From Eledone cirrhosa (Eukaryota), in the NCBI GenBank assembly GCA_964016885.1, contig OZ024743.1, forward strand, positions 273,916,001-273,980,000: 64,000 bases of DNA. The letters are read 5' to 3'. This document shows, piece by piece, positions 15,088 to 29,525 of this stretch. Numbering within the stretch: position 1 is the stretch's first letter; the number at the start of each line of letters is the position of its first letter. Below the pieces are notes generated by a model. That model had not been told where the DNA came from, made no database searches, and saw only the letters and a list, made by a program, of their open reading frames with translations. Position numbers and translations under genes: made by a program.

Positions 15088-15681
15088 TTGAGAGATAGGT
15101 ATAGATATAGATATAGATATAGATATAGATATGCGTGTGCGTATGCGTATATGCGTGAATAAATATATATGTGTGAATGTGTGTATGTATGTATGTGTGT
15201 ATAGGTTTGTATCTGACTACACAACTACATCCTTTATGATAACAAATAATAGGATATATTGTACTTAATGTTACGTTTAAAATTTAAGATCGAAGCAGAA
15301 ATATCCGTGTTGAATATTTAACGCATACAAATCGTAAGGCAAACAGAGATGTCAGTTGAATAACGATGCTCTCATAACCACCCACACACTACGCACATAC
15401 GTAGGCGACTAGTAACTCCAAGGCATATCAATGAGGTAAATACTGACGTCAGACTTGGAAGATACATTGGTAGCAAAATCAACGACCAGTATATTTAGCA
15501 TGTTACGTTAGTGAAGGTTATTGTATAAAGGTGTCTCTTCATAAAAGGAATATAAACACGCACACACATTAATTATATATATATATATTTAAAGGTTAAA
15601 CAAGGTTCAATGAATAAATCAAAGAATGAATTTTACAATAGATTGGAAGCACTCAACAGTTATGGTTTTCCTGAGTTATTA

Positions 15682-18012
15682 ATATTAATTCAAAATATTA
15701 ACAAAAATAGACATTCGTGTGATCAAGTATATTTTATTATACATATTTCAGAGGTACTGAGCTATATTCAACAGTACGTCCTCATCAGATAAAAAAATAA
15801 TGTATGACATACCCTGACTTAGTAGATGGTTAAGATTCAGTCATGGTAGTGAATATGATATGACAAGACTCAATATTTATATACCTTAAGATTGAGACAT
15901 GAAAAAATGTACATATAATACAGAGGGTGCGTGTGAGAAAGCTTAAAAATACATAATAGCAAATTTACATAATTGTTAGAGATTCAAATAATTTAAATTA
16001 TTGAAGAAAGAAGAAAGAAGAAAGACAGAGAGAAACAGATGAGGAAAAAATATAGTTACTAGAAGTATAGAAAGAAAAAGAGAGTTGATCAAGGATAGAG
16101 AGACAAAAAGGAATAATTTTTATAATATAAAGCATAGATAAATACATGAATATACATTTGGGCATAGCTTTGTGAAAGAGTAAACTCGAATCTTTGAATT
16201 ATCTAGAAGTATCCATCAATGTAAATATTAAATATATCTGGGTGTAATTATATGAGGGTTTAATTTCGATTCCTTAGTTAATTAGAAATATACTAACTAA
16301 TTATATACACTATATATATATCGAAACGTATCCGGTTGACCGTTAAATTTTTAATTCTTTATGTTAGTTCAGAATAATGTATAATCTAAAGGTATAATAT
16401 TTCAGGCTATAAAAATTTATAAATATCTATATTAATATTAAAGTATACTAACATATTTAATTTATAAAATCATATTTAAAGTATTTGCAAACATGAGAAA
16501 GGGACTTAGTATTTTCATCCACACGAAGGTAATCCATATTAAATTATATTATCTTATATTATTGTCCTATATTAAAATAATTCTCATTATATAATTTAGA
16601 AAATAATTACAGTTATAACTTTAAAAATTTTAAATTAACAATTAGAATGCCCTAAAATATCTAAAGGCCTTATAATTGAACTTAAAAAAAGTAATTATTA
16701 AATTAGATATATGCATTTGTCTAAATATATACAAAGAGTATATTGTCTAAAGTTAAAGACGATATTAGTCAGTTATACATAACATAATATAATATAATAT
16801 AATAAATAAGTTACTGTTAATATTGTTAAAATTAAGGTTTTAGATCAATTATTATATTAGGATCATGTAATACATATATACTATAAACATTTCATGAATC
16901 ATAAGGATACGAACCAGATTCAAAATAAATAAATAAATTGTTTGCGATCATATAAGTGCCAAATATTTAAGCTATATAATTTTAAAATACTATGAAATTT
17001 TTAAGGATCTATTTAGTAGTATAGTATTATATTTAAAGTGCCTGCAAACATGAGAAAGAGAAAACTTAAGATTTTCATCGACCCGAAGGTAACCCGAATT
17101 TAATTAAATTAAAAAAATAATAATCATTATATAATTTAGAAAACATTTAACAATTATAACACTAGAATGTCCTTAAGTTTCTAAAGTACTTATAAATGTA
17201 TCTAGAAGCCTGTTACTAAACCAGATATACACATTTGTCCAAATATATACAGATTATTCCGTTCGGAACTCAAGACGATATTAGTGATCCGTATAGATAT
17301 AATAAATAAATAATAAAATAAATAATAAAATCATTGTTAGTAAAGTTATAATTGAAGTTTAACATCAAGTTAAGTGGAAAAAGTGTGTCGACTAGGATCG
17401 TGTACGACGCATATACCATACATATATATAAACAAATATAGATATATAAATCAAACATCTTGAATCTTAAAACTAACATACTCCAAAAGCATAAATACAT
17501 GAAATACATAAAAGCATGAATTGTTTACGGTTCATTACAACTGTCAGCCATATAAGCTATATATTTAAGAAAATACAAGAATCACAATCAAATTAAATGT
17601 ATCTACACAATCAAAAGATATGCATATTCATCAAGAGATCATGTTAACAATCTATATGTTAATATATTTATATAGAACCCTTAATCTAACATTAAGCATA
17701 TCATAAATGAGTAAAACAAATTATTATAACACTCAGCTGTATTTTTAAGCTTTCTCACACGCACCCTCTGTATTATATGTACATTTTTTTTCATGTCTCA
17801 ATCTTAGGGTATATAAATATTGAGTCTTGTCATATCATATTCACTACCATGACTGAATCTTAACCATCTACTAAGTCAGGGTATGTCATGCATCATCTTA
17901 TTTTATCTGATGAGGACTACTTTTGAAGATAGCTCAGTACCTCTGAAATATGTATAATAAAATATACTTGATCACACGAATGTCTATTTTTGTTAATATT
18001 TTGAATTAATAT
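15682..18012. repeat. Fold-back unit with ~270-bp inverted arms (15682-15953 and 17738-18012) carrying HHR-like motifs
   Basis: Arms are reverse complements. CTGATGA(17907)..GAAA(17945). Internal diverged duplication of about 16400-16760 at 16965-17290. Confidence 0.8.
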
Positions 18013-18262
18013 ATATATACATATACATATATATATATAAATATATATATATAGAGAGAGAGATACATACATACGTACAGAGACGTATATATATATAGAC
18101 ACACACCTATGAATAGATACTTAACACTACGCTGTCTTCAGAATAAACTTAATAGGTTGAAGGAAATGTGTTACGTATGATTAATGAATTAATATAACTA
18201 TGTAGAAATGTATAATTTCCTATGAATGGATTACTAGCTAATGGATAATATATGCCTGTGTA

Positions 18263-18304
<42 letters not shown>

Positions 18305-18307
<3 letters not shown>

Positions 18308-18622
18308 CCAAAGATTAGTATGGTTTTACAATAGATTAGAAGCACTCAACAAAGGGTTCTCCTGGAGTGTTTAATATTATTCAAAATGTTAACAAATAAA
18401 AAATATTCTCGTAATAAAAATATATACTTAATTTTATATATTTCAAAGGTACTGTGTTGTTTTTTTCAGTACGTCAAGACCGTAGCGGTATGTCATATAT
18501 CAAATCATATATTTTGTCTGATGAGGGCGTACTGAAAAAACAACACAGTACCTTTGAAATATATATAATAAAGATTATATTTTGATCATGAGAATATTTT
18601 TCATTTGTTAACATTTTGAATA

Positions 18623-18625
<3 letters not shown>
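18305..18625. repeat. Short inverted pair of the same family as 15600-15800, with an HHR-like motif at 18518-18590
   Basis: 18375-18475 versus 18525-18625 reverse complement. CTGATGA-GGGCGTACTG..CAGTACCTTT-GAAA. Between (TA)n tracts. Confidence 0.75.
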
Positions 18626-18709
<84 letters not shown>

Positions 18710-18772
18710 TATGTGGGCTGATATATAGGAGGATGAGATATATATATAAATATATATATAGGAAGATGTATG

Positions 18773-18869
18773 ACCCCCGACGGCAGAGCTCAAGCCGTTT
18801 CGACGGCAATTTCTGGACTAAATTAGAATGTTTAGCCTGGTAAATAAATAGCCGAACTTTTCAAGGAGT
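18773..18869 (-). ncRNA. Hammerhead ribozyme, U3-A8 variant (same family as 11202)
   Basis: Minus strand: ACTCC-TTGAAAA-GTTCGGC..GCCGTC-GAAA-CGGC..GCCG-TC-GGGGGT. Confidence 0.68.
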
Positions 18870-20118
18870 ACTTCCTTATATGGGAAAATTGTAGTTGTCA
18901 AGAGGATTGGTCAACATTTCTTGTAAACACAATTATGTCTATCATGGCTGTGATGGCTGAACTTGCCTTTAGAGCAATGAGGGAGTGGGTGGAGCCAGTC
19001 AAGCGTTGAAAGTGACATCTATACAGCAACTTCTAAGGATTGTGTGTGAAAGTAGGCCAGAGGAAGTAGGCGAAAAAGGGTTCTGGAGAAAATAGAGGAG
19101 GGGATGTTATAGAATAGGTATATCAATTGAGATTTGGAGACAATAAAAAAAATAAGAGAAAGATATATAAAAATATAAAATTGGATAGTAAGAAGTGATA
19201 AAAAGCAAAGACTGTGGAGTTCAAAACAGCTGCTATAATTAGTTGCTGTTGCTTTTTCGGCCACTGCTAGAGAATAGGTTAATAAGGTGAGAATAGAAGA
19301 TACTAAATAAGAATTTTTGAATGTTATGGAATTGTGTAGTAAAAAGTAATACAAATTCTCTGGCGTCTAACACAGCTGCTATGATTAGTTAGTATTGCGT
19401 TTTCGGCCAATGGTAACTTTAATTTACTGGGGTGGGGGTACTGAGGCTACAGAGGCCCGATCGGCGTAGGTGAAAGAGGAAAAAAGAAAAAGGAAGAAGA
19501 TCGGGAGTGGAAGGAAGTGATAGGGGGAGACGGAGGGAAGAAGGAAACAGAGAGGAAAAGCTGGGTTTTCCCATATCTTATTAGGCAAGTGGGATGTTTC
19601 TGCCAGTGTCTACCCGCCCGGGTCGTTAGGGGGTTTGAGGGCGAGGTAAGTCCTACGCAATAGGTGTTAACAGTTCGTCTTTTTTCTTTAGGAGTTGGTC
19701 CTTCGTAAACAGCATTTGTAATGTTTCCTCCGAGCATAAGTTACACGGACGGCGTCCTCCCGTGTATGAGTTAGCTCTGCACAGTAAGCTCCAAGTAAGA
19801 TTGTGTGTTATGTTATTATCTTGGAGGTCCCAGGTGTGGCCCTAAAGTGTAGTAGCGTGTCGCCGGACCGGGTTTCGGAACGTATGTCGTTGTTGGTAGA
19901 GCCTGGTATTAACTACACAATCTTTCATACACAATCCTTAGAAATTGCTGTATAGATTTCACTTTCAATGTTTCACCGGCTCCACCCACTCCCTCATTGC
20001 TCTAAAGGAAAGTTCAGCCATCCCCACCCCCCATCCACTGCCATGATAGACTCAATTGTGTTTACAAGAAATGTTGACCAATCCTCTTGACAACTACAAT
20101 CTTCCCATATAAGGAAGT

Positions 20119-20213
20119 ACCCCTTGAAAAGTTCGGCCATTTATTTACCAGGCTAACATTTCTAATTTAGTCAAGAAATACCCGTCGAAACGGCTTGAGC
20201 TCTGCCGTCGGGT
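20119..20213 (+). ncRNA. Hammerhead ribozyme, U3-A8 variant (same family as 11202)
   Basis: ACCCC-TTGAAAA(20124-20130)-GTTCGG..CCGTC-GAAA(20187)-CGGC..GCCG-TC-GGGT. Confidence 0.68.
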
Positions 20214-20414
20214 CATACATTTTCCTATTACCCATTCTACTACCCTAAGTATTGAGTACTCTGGTGCGTTATGTGGTTCCTTACCACAACACCTTCGTTA
20301 AATATATATATATATATATATATACAGATAAAATACAAAGCTACTAACTCATATTGATACCCTGCAATTAACAAGCTCAAAGTATAAATACTGAACATTA
20401 TATAATAATATAAG

Positions 20415-20600
20415 GGCGGTGGATTGGCAGTATCGGTAGATGGTCGGACGCCATGCTTTCCAGCATAGTTACATCCCTTTACGATCTGTGTTCAAATCCT
20501 GCCGAGGTTGACTTTGCCTTTCATCCTTACGGGGTCGATAAAATAAAGTACCAGTAATGCACTGAGAAATTGCTGGTCTTGTGCCTAAAGTAGAAACAAT
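20415..20600 (+). mobile_element. tRNA-derived SINE, family 1
   Basis: GGCGGTGGATTGGCAGTATCGG head and GTTCAAATCC B-box at 20490; same body as 7150-7338. Confidence 0.85.
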
Positions 20601-20970
20601 TATATAATAATATATGTAGAAATAAACACAGTGAATCCTGTGTCTAAAATTACGAGGGTAGAGATACCACATTTGTTTTATATATTTAATCTGAATCATA
20701 CGTAAGATATAAAAAAAATGTTTATGAGATATAAAAAAATTATTTCATATACAGACCGTATCAATAACTATTTCATCTCTCGGACAGATTAGAGATTTAA
20801 TCTGTTTCGCCCTGAAAATTGTGTCGTAACAGATAATCAGTAGGCTTACCTTAGCTAGAGATGGGATCAAATGAAACAAAACATGTAACTACAATTCACA
20901 GGAATGAATTTCACTCCTCGTAATTTTAGACACAAGATTCACTGTGTTTATTTCTACACACACACACATA

Positions 20971-21040
<70 letters not shown>

Positions 21041-21611
21041 AGTGAGTGTGTGTGTTTGTGTGTATGGATATAGTGACAGTTGATGAGTGGAGTATATGTA
21101 GCAAACATAAGGTTATTTATTTTCTCTTTATCATCTCGACAGACAGTCAGGTATATTTATGGATCATACCGTCATGTATGTTGCCAAATAGCTTGTTTCA
21201 TAACTAACTGATAGATAAATAGAATAAATCGATTTTTGTTTGTATAAATTGTATATTTTCTTCATCTATTAATTGGTAGATCATAGATAGTTAGAATAAT
21301 CTCTGAAGTCGTATGACCCAAAGCTCTCTATTTAGACAATGATTGTGTTATAGAAGTAACAACATATTCAAGCATAAATACTTTCGGTAACTTATTGTGT
21401 ACCACACTCTCTATTACAATATTCATATACGGTTACCGTAGCCTCTTATCCAAAGATGTTTAATGAACGTATCCATTCCGGTCAGCTGGGTTCGTATTTT
21501 AATAATACGAATTTATTTTCCCATAGAGTAAGTGAAGAAACGGCTGAAGCTATGTTCGCTCTATCCTACTAGCTTTGACTCCTAATTATATACATATATA
21601 TATATATATAT

Positions 21612-21687
<76 letters not shown>

Positions 21688-21734
21688 GTATACAATTAGG
21701 ACACGAAGCTAGTAGAATGGAGCGAACATAGCTT

Positions 21735-21774
<40 letters not shown>

Positions 21775-21777
<3 letters not shown>

Positions 21778-21862
21778 AATAAATGAACAGAGAATAAATA
21801 ACAGAGAGTCAGTACAAATGATATTGTATTAGTTTCACGCTTGAGAGTGGGGGCCGGGGGTT

Positions 21863-21949
<87 letters not shown>

Positions 21950-22029
21950 TAATAAATGAACAGAGAATAAATAACAGAGAGTCAGTACAAATGATATTGT
22001 ATTAGTTTCACGCTTGAGAGTGGGGGGCG

Positions 22030-22035
<6 letters not shown>
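21775..22035. repeat. Two identical-looking ~88-bp direct repeats separated by (TA)n
   Basis: TTTAATAAATGAACAGAG..GAGAGTGGGGG..GGGGTTT at about 21775 and 21948. Confidence 0.85.
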
Positions 22036-22106
<71 letters not shown>

Positions 22107-22185
22107 GGGCAGATTAGAAATAGTTTTATCGCTCTATATGACGGAATACAAGTAATGTGAATCTGAGTTTTTCGAATATTAATAA

Positions 22186-22368
22186 TTGTTTTTACTTTTG
22201 GTACAAGGCCAGCAAATACCCAATGCAATACTGGTACTTTATTTTATCGACCCCGTAAAGATGAAATGCAAAGTTAACCTCGGCGGGATTTTAACTCAGA
22301 ATGGCAAGGGCCGTAACTCTATGCATCAAAACAGGCGTCCGACCCTCTACAGATACTGCCAATCCACC
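22186..22368 (-). mobile_element. tRNA-derived SINE, family 1
   Basis: High similarity to 7150-7338. Confidence 0.85.
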
Positions 22369-22369
22369 A

Positions 22370-23220
22370 ATAATGATGTTCGATTCGTTTGCAATTATGC
22401 GAACAGCCTCTTTAAGCTATGTCAGTAGAATGACCCTTCATTTTTGCTCTCGTGTGATCATATAAACAGAACGGCAGACACTAATGTTTCTGGATGATTG
22501 CCCATCATTAGTACCGTATACTGTTTAACTGCCAACTGTCAGAGCTTGTGCAAATATATATTTTCTGGAAAATACAGTGACTGATCGGCCTGATTTACAT
22601 ATTATCAGACTGCCTGATCAGTCTGATCTGCATGTTATCATACCCACTGATCAGTTAGATTTGATTATCAGCAGATAAGCCAGTCAGTTTTCTGACGAGC
22701 CATTAATGGCTGGCATTACCATACTCAAATAACTAACAAATAGTTTTAACGCTGTACATGGCTGAATACAATAAATGTAAATCTGAGTTTTTCGAATATT
22801 AATAATAATATTCGATTCCTTTGCAATTATGCAAACATCCTCTTATACAATGTCAGTAGAATGGCCCCGCCATTCTTGCTCTTGTGTTGGCATACAGACA
22901 GAACCGCAGAGACTGGCGTTTCTGGGTGATTACTCTTCATCAGTACTGCATACTGTTTACCTGCCAACTGTCAGGCTAGTGAAAATATATGATATTTTCT
23001 GAATATACAGTTACTGATCGGCCTGATTTACATATAAGCACACTGCCTGATCTGTCAGATCTGCATATTAGCAGACTGACTGATCAGCCAGATTTGCATA
23101 TCGGCTGATAGGCCAGTCAGGTTTTTGTATCCAAGCGATTAATGGCTGACTTTGCTATAGGCAAATAATTAACAAATAATTTTATCGCTGTACATGGCTG
23201 AATACAAAACATGTAAATGT
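22370..23220. repeat. Diverged tandem duplication, unit about 430 bp
   Basis: 22370-22780 aligns with 22805-23220; internal short CTGATC-rich repeats. Confidence 0.8.
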
Positions 23221-23434
23221 ACGCAATTGCACTGGAATATGTGTTATTAAACCTCCTGCATCAATAAATGCTTTATCAAGCTTCTTCATGACTGATTGCC
23301 ATTGTATTTTCCTGCAAGACCTAGATTGTATAATACAATGAGTTAATATTGTACGCACATCATCCGAGCACTCGCTGGATAACTGAAGCTGGTGGATGCA
23401 GATATATATGTTTTCTAAATAGAGAATATTATAC

Positions 23435-23510
<76 letters not shown>

Positions 23511-24885
23511 ACCCACCACCGATCTAACGTGTGCAAACAATATATATGTGTATTTGTACAAGGAGATACATACGTTTAAATAAATAAATACATAATTACA
23601 TGTATATTTGTTGGGATGTTAAAAGATACTTCATAAAAGCGGGAGTAAGTGTTTGTTGCGTGATTGACCAACCACCTGAAGTGAGGTTTGTTAGCATGTG
23701 GAGCAGGTGGTATACGTTGTTGGGGAATTTATTAATGGAATTGAAAGAGTGAATAGATAAGAAGGAAAATTGATGGACATAAACTGGTTGTAACCGATGA
23801 ATTGGTGTCAGTTCCTGTTGAGCACATAGCTTTCCCTGGGAGGAAATTTATTGATCCGATAAAAAATAATTTTAGAAGTAGAGGTAGGGATCCGGAATCG
23901 AGTCTAGTAGAGTCGAGAAAATGGTATGTCATGTGTTGAGTTGGATATAATTATTTGTTTTGAGAGAATATGTTCAAGGTACTCGTAATAGTGTATTTGT
24001 TATCTCTGTTAACATATATTAGCATTATTACTATTTTAGTGTATAGAGTGTTGTCACCAATTTGTTTGAAGATGTAAATTCCAATTTAGCGGAGAAGTAT
24101 TTAGAAGTTGGTAAGGTTGCCACGAGTAACCAGGTTTGGTAGAGAGATATGATAGGAATATCAACAACCACTTTAAGCTTGGTTTTACATTATTTATTAA
24201 CAGAGGTTGAGCTGGCATGCCAAGAGAAATGAAATAATTCAATTAAGATTACAAGAGAAAATACGGGCGACTGGCCGAAGGCGTTTGGCCAGGCTCATAG
24301 GTAATGTTTTGTCGTTACATATTGTTTGCGCTGGCGGAGCAAAAGAACAAGCGGTTTTTACTTAGCATGGTCAAGCCTGGAAGTCATCTGGCCTGGAAGT
24401 GTTGGCGTCCTCAAATCTTTGCGGGCTATTTCTCCCTCAGAACGCGTAGGGATACATCCTCTTCTACTGGCGCTGATTGGCTGAGAATGTATGTGAGCCC
24501 GCGGAATGTAGGTCACTACACTATAATATATATGTCGTTGTGGATATCCTGCATTAAAACCAGTACTACAACGAAGACATAACAAAAACATGCATTTCGT
24601 TGGCTGGACTAACCTTTTAACCTATGCTGGGAAAGACAAACCCGGAAGTAACATATATAAAGGAGGGAGGCAGCTGAAAGACCAAAAGGGGGCATAATAT
24701 ATAGAGAAGAATGCAAATTATTGAAAGTAATTTAAAAAAACAAGATGTGAGGGGATAGCCGTTTCAGTTAAAATTAATTAATACAGTTACATACTATGTA
24801 GCATAAACCAAACAATTTGATAGTTGGAATAACTTAATGTAAAGGATGAGATATTTGGGGAGGGGGAGGGGCTTAGAATTAGTTG

Positions 24886-25320
24886 CTATGGAGGCCAGAC
24901 CTTTAGAAGATGATTCGTTACGTGATAACAGCAAGAGCAGAATTCTAGGAGGGTATTCAAAGCTTTTTTCTTGGTGTAAATATAATTGAGTGTCCAAAGC
25001 CCCTAATCATTTCATAATATTCAGACTTTGAGCCCGTATATAAATGGTCGATATTGGTCAAGTATCTTCCAGTTACTAGAAACGTTTCTGTTCAGTTCCT
25101 TGTGTTGCCATATATTGTTCGCTAAATTTGTGATTTAATGATGTCGATTCAGTGGAAAGACTTCAGCTTCATATATTATCATATATTGGTCCAGTGGGCA
25201 AGACTTTTAAATATATTTTAGTATATTAAACCTTTCTTTCAGTTTTTTTTTGTTATTTCGCAGTAAAGGAACATCTATAGTCATTTACTACGGATTGTAT
25301 ACTACAATAGTATATTTCTG
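24886..25320 (-). mobile_element. Degraded Naiad-type GIY-YIG endonuclease remnant with TGA at both CxxC positions
   Basis: Minus frame KSCPLDQYMIIYEAEV(apparent deletion)..TNLANNIWQHKELNRNVSSNWKILDQYRPFIYGLKV*IL*ND*GLWTLNYIYTKKKALNTLLEFCSCCYHVTNHLLKVWPP*, collinear with the endonucleases at 10200-10500 and 13193-13450. YNP thumb-like remnant near 25290. Confidence 0.78.
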
Positions 25321-26028
25321 TCGCATAAAGCATATTAAAAAAAATTCTATTACCTCTGACTGCATAGTTCCAAATCGGTTTAATCATGATTTCTTTTGTG
25401 CAGCCTCCAAAAGTCGTCCATGTCTATATATATATAGTCTGTTATCATCCGTTGCAAAATGCATATGGAAATATTTTTTGATGTTTCAATTGACATATCG
25501 CAGCATAATTATTTTAAATCAGAGCCGAACTACTTAATAGATAAATTAGGAATTCTATAATTGCAGACGCGTATACGATGGCGGGAATAAACTGAACGGG
25601 GATAGTATAACTGATTTTCGAGAAATATAGTATATTTATATAATGTGGAAATACTTTATTGAAGTAGCTATATCACGGAGAGTAAAAAGAATCCATGAGG
25701 GTTGAAGATGTAACCTCCCTTGTACCGGAGTGAAGAACAAGGTTGTTAAAATAAAATACCAATCAAGCGTGCTGGAGTGGCGAATTTGTTAACATGTAGC
25801 ACAAGATACCTGGCAATATTTGTTCGAGTTGATTACTTTCCGCGATCAAATCGTAATGTGGCTTAATTTCAATGCGTCACCCATTTCAACATGACCAACA
25901 CCAGATTATCGGAGGCCAGCATTCACAGCATAAACCATGTTTGTGAATACATTTATCTCGCCCCCTTCTTTCGGGGTATTGAAAAAGACGATATACACTG
26001 ACATTTCCATCTTTGATTAAACGATAAT

Positions 26029-26105
<77 letters not shown>

Positions 26106-26701
26106 TATCAAAACAAAATGCGCATAGAAGAAGATTTACAAACGATGAACAGACAGCTTCATATCTACCAAGTCAGCCCCTTTATTGACATACAGTTTCA
26201 CGCACTAATAAAGCATTGCACTTGTAATGCCAGTTTGCACATCGGATTTCAGAAGCACTTATTTTGTGTGATGCATGTGAGACAATAACACAAAAATGAA
26301 TGGACAGGATTATTTATGGGTCTCTTTCGACAAAAACAGATAAATATACATACAAATAAACAAGAAATAAATAGACAACTGACATAGTATGTAAAATGTT
26401 GTAGACACACATACACAGTCTTAGCCTTTCACTCACTTGCTAATTTTGATTAGTAGGGAATGTAGAAAGAATCTGCACTTTGTTCAGTCACCCTACCAGA
26501 ACTACCAGCGAAACTTCCATATCATGCAACACTATACATTAGGAAATGAGTTATTAGATGACACACTATATAGTTATGACAAGGGGTGGACCATTCATTG
26601 AGTGTCTGTGATCAAAAGATGTGCACGATAAAAGTCGACTTGTAGATTTTAAAAGGTTAATTTTAATTTCATACATTTTCATATGGCTACATCGATTAAT
26701 A

Positions 26702-26904
26702 ATTGTTTCTACTTTTGGCACAAGGCCAGCAAATTGAACGGGGTGTGGGTCAATTAAATCGACCACAGTTCTTAATAGTGCTTTATTTTATCGACCACGT
26801 AAAGATGAAATACAGAGCTAACCTCGGCGCGATTTGAACTCAGAACATAACTCTGCCGTGAAGCATTTTGTACGACGCTCTACCGACACTGCCAATCTAC
26901 CGCC
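26702..26904 (-). mobile_element. tRNA-derived SINE, family 1
   Basis: Similar to 7150-7338 with a longer 3' segment. Confidence 0.8.
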
Positions 26905-27587
26905 CATACATTGACTAATAATGACAGCATTCTAAAATAATAAATAATAACTGGCAAAATAACTCACATTATGTGTGACGGCTATAGACCAGAACATGAA
27001 CAGCGTACTTAGCTGGTATTCTCTTTATAAGAATCCTTCTTGACTTAATGTATTTTACACATCCACGAGTGCAAATAGTTGCACACACTAACAAAGTTGT
27101 GTCCCGGAGTCATTGGATATTCTCATTTAGTGGCATATTCTGAAGGATGTTGATGAAAGAAAATACCAATATTTTACTAGTGTTTTGTGCTATTAACTTC
27201 CTTCAGGTGTTGGTAACTTTCGTACCAATATGCAAGGCCTTCCAGTTGTATAAATCAATAATGATGTCTTTTTTCCCCGACAGGTCTTTACATATTAGAT
27301 AGAAGTGTAGTAGATTGAATCAATCACAGAATTTGACCCTTATATATTTCGGCAATACCAAAGGAGATGAAAGAAAAATTACCTTTTAGATGGAAATTCA
27401 ATACAAACAAAATCTATTTAATTTTGTTTGTGGTTCGACACTATTCTGATACCTTTATAATGTAATGAAATTGATTTAAATGCAAAGATGTGCATTTCCA
27501 ATTCAGGAATTCAATTTGTGGAAGATATCTTCTAACGCATATTTTTAGGATTTCTATTGAAATACAGACATGCATATATATACATAT

Positions 27588-27655
<68 letters not shown>

Positions 27656-27824
27656 TATATATATATAACGAAAGAAAAGGGTGGTGATATTAATTCCATT
27701 TTATCCGTAAGTTGTGACACAAATACACTATGATAAAAATATAGTCTATGTCTCCATTATGCAGCACCACTAAGCAAGTTTGAAGACGTTACCTGTTCAA
27801 TATATACATATACATATACATATA

Positions 27825-27950
<126 letters not shown>

Positions 27951-28026
27951 TGTGTATAATGGTAGCTATGGTGCTTCCATAGGCGGTATGCCAAAATTAG
28001 CAATCAATATTCATACAGAGCAGAGT

Positions 28027-29440
28027 GTGAATAGTATAAAGAAACGAAAAATCAGTGATGCATCTGGACTCGATTTATTTGCGTGCTACAATTGTTTCGC
28101 CGGCAGGTAGCTCGAGACATAATCACAGTATGGATGTGGCTGATCCTACGGCTGCAGGTTCCTTCAGACACATGCAATTCTTACGGGGAAAATTGTCTCA
28201 CTGGGGTGTTATGGTCAAAAAACACTTTCAAAAAATATCTTCTACTCTTGCCATGCCATTGGCTGTTGTTTTTGTACGTCATCATACGTTCTGGTCACTG
28301 TTTACTGCTACACTGGTCATCAGCCATTTTTCGTCCGACACACTTCAATTGAGCCATGCTGGGTTTGGTATCTGACACGTCCGTTCACACTCCCGAGTAT
28401 GTACCCACATACACACACACAAATATATACACAGCCGCAGACACACACATGCATGCATACATATATGTACGCATACATGTGTAGACGCACATACCCCCAT
28501 GCACATATATACACACACACACTCTCCCTCTTTTACACATACCCAAGCACACCCACACCCACATACCGACCACCACATGCTTATTGGCGCCTGACTAAAC
28601 AGCCCTTTACATCCCGTCTCACACGCATGCATACGCGCAAACACGCGTAGACACACGCGTACACGCATACAAAGACACATATCGGTGTTCAGGCACATCT
28701 GCACATATATACACAAGCACTCTCATACACATACATAGATACACACACGCACATACACGCATATCCTTATGGATAGGCATCAAGGAGAGACACACTTCCA
28801 AAGACATAAGCACACATACACACACATACACACACATACACACACCTATACATATATCTACACACAAGTACATGTACCCGCATATAAACATATAGACAAA
28901 TCCTGCCTAATGTGGGTGTACGTACGCACCCACACACACGCCCCTACTGAGAGATATACACACGCATGCAGACACATATACATATATGTATACGCACACA
29001 TATATACACACCTACGTGTATATGCACACATACACATACATACTTATACACACATATGTCTATATGTGTACACACACACATACACATATACACATACATA
29101 CGCACACACATAAACCTACGCATATCCTTATATATAAATATATATATATATATTCATACACATACATACAATATACACATACATACACATGAATACATAC
29201 ACACGAATACATACACACACACATACAGACACATATATATAAAACTCTACATGCATACAAATACCCACATATATATATATACACATACGCACACGGACAC
29301 CCATATGCACACACATGCACATATGCATATGTGCTTACATACACAAGCTTGCACATACACATATATAAACAAAACCGTAAAATAAATATCCAATATACAA
29401 TAAATATCCAATATACAATAAAATAACAATATAGTATACA

Positions 29441-29525
<85 letters not shown>

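Larger units (their letters stand above)
18770..20299 (-). mobile_element. Penelope-like remnant related to 8706-11305: endonuclease 3' end and 3'UTR on minus (18770-19915) plus an inverted terminal-repeat copy (19923-20299)
   Basis: 19600-19910 is a reverse-complement homologue of 10200-10560. 18770-19051 and 19923-20220 are inverted repeats. Flanked by (TA)n. Confidence 0.88.

Noticed and set aside
20415-20500. tRNA gene
   Set aside because: A/B boxes belong to multi-copy SINE heads; no complete cloverleaf.
21775-22035. CRISPR-like repeat-spacer pattern
   Set aside because: Only two units, the spacer is (TA)n, the context is eukaryotic and there are no cas genes.
24265-24300. Possible SECIS on minus (ATGA-GCCTGGCC-AAA..GGCCAG)
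   Set aside because: Helix too short, no 3' GA for the kink-turn, and about 600 nt from the stop codon; cannot be supported by eye.
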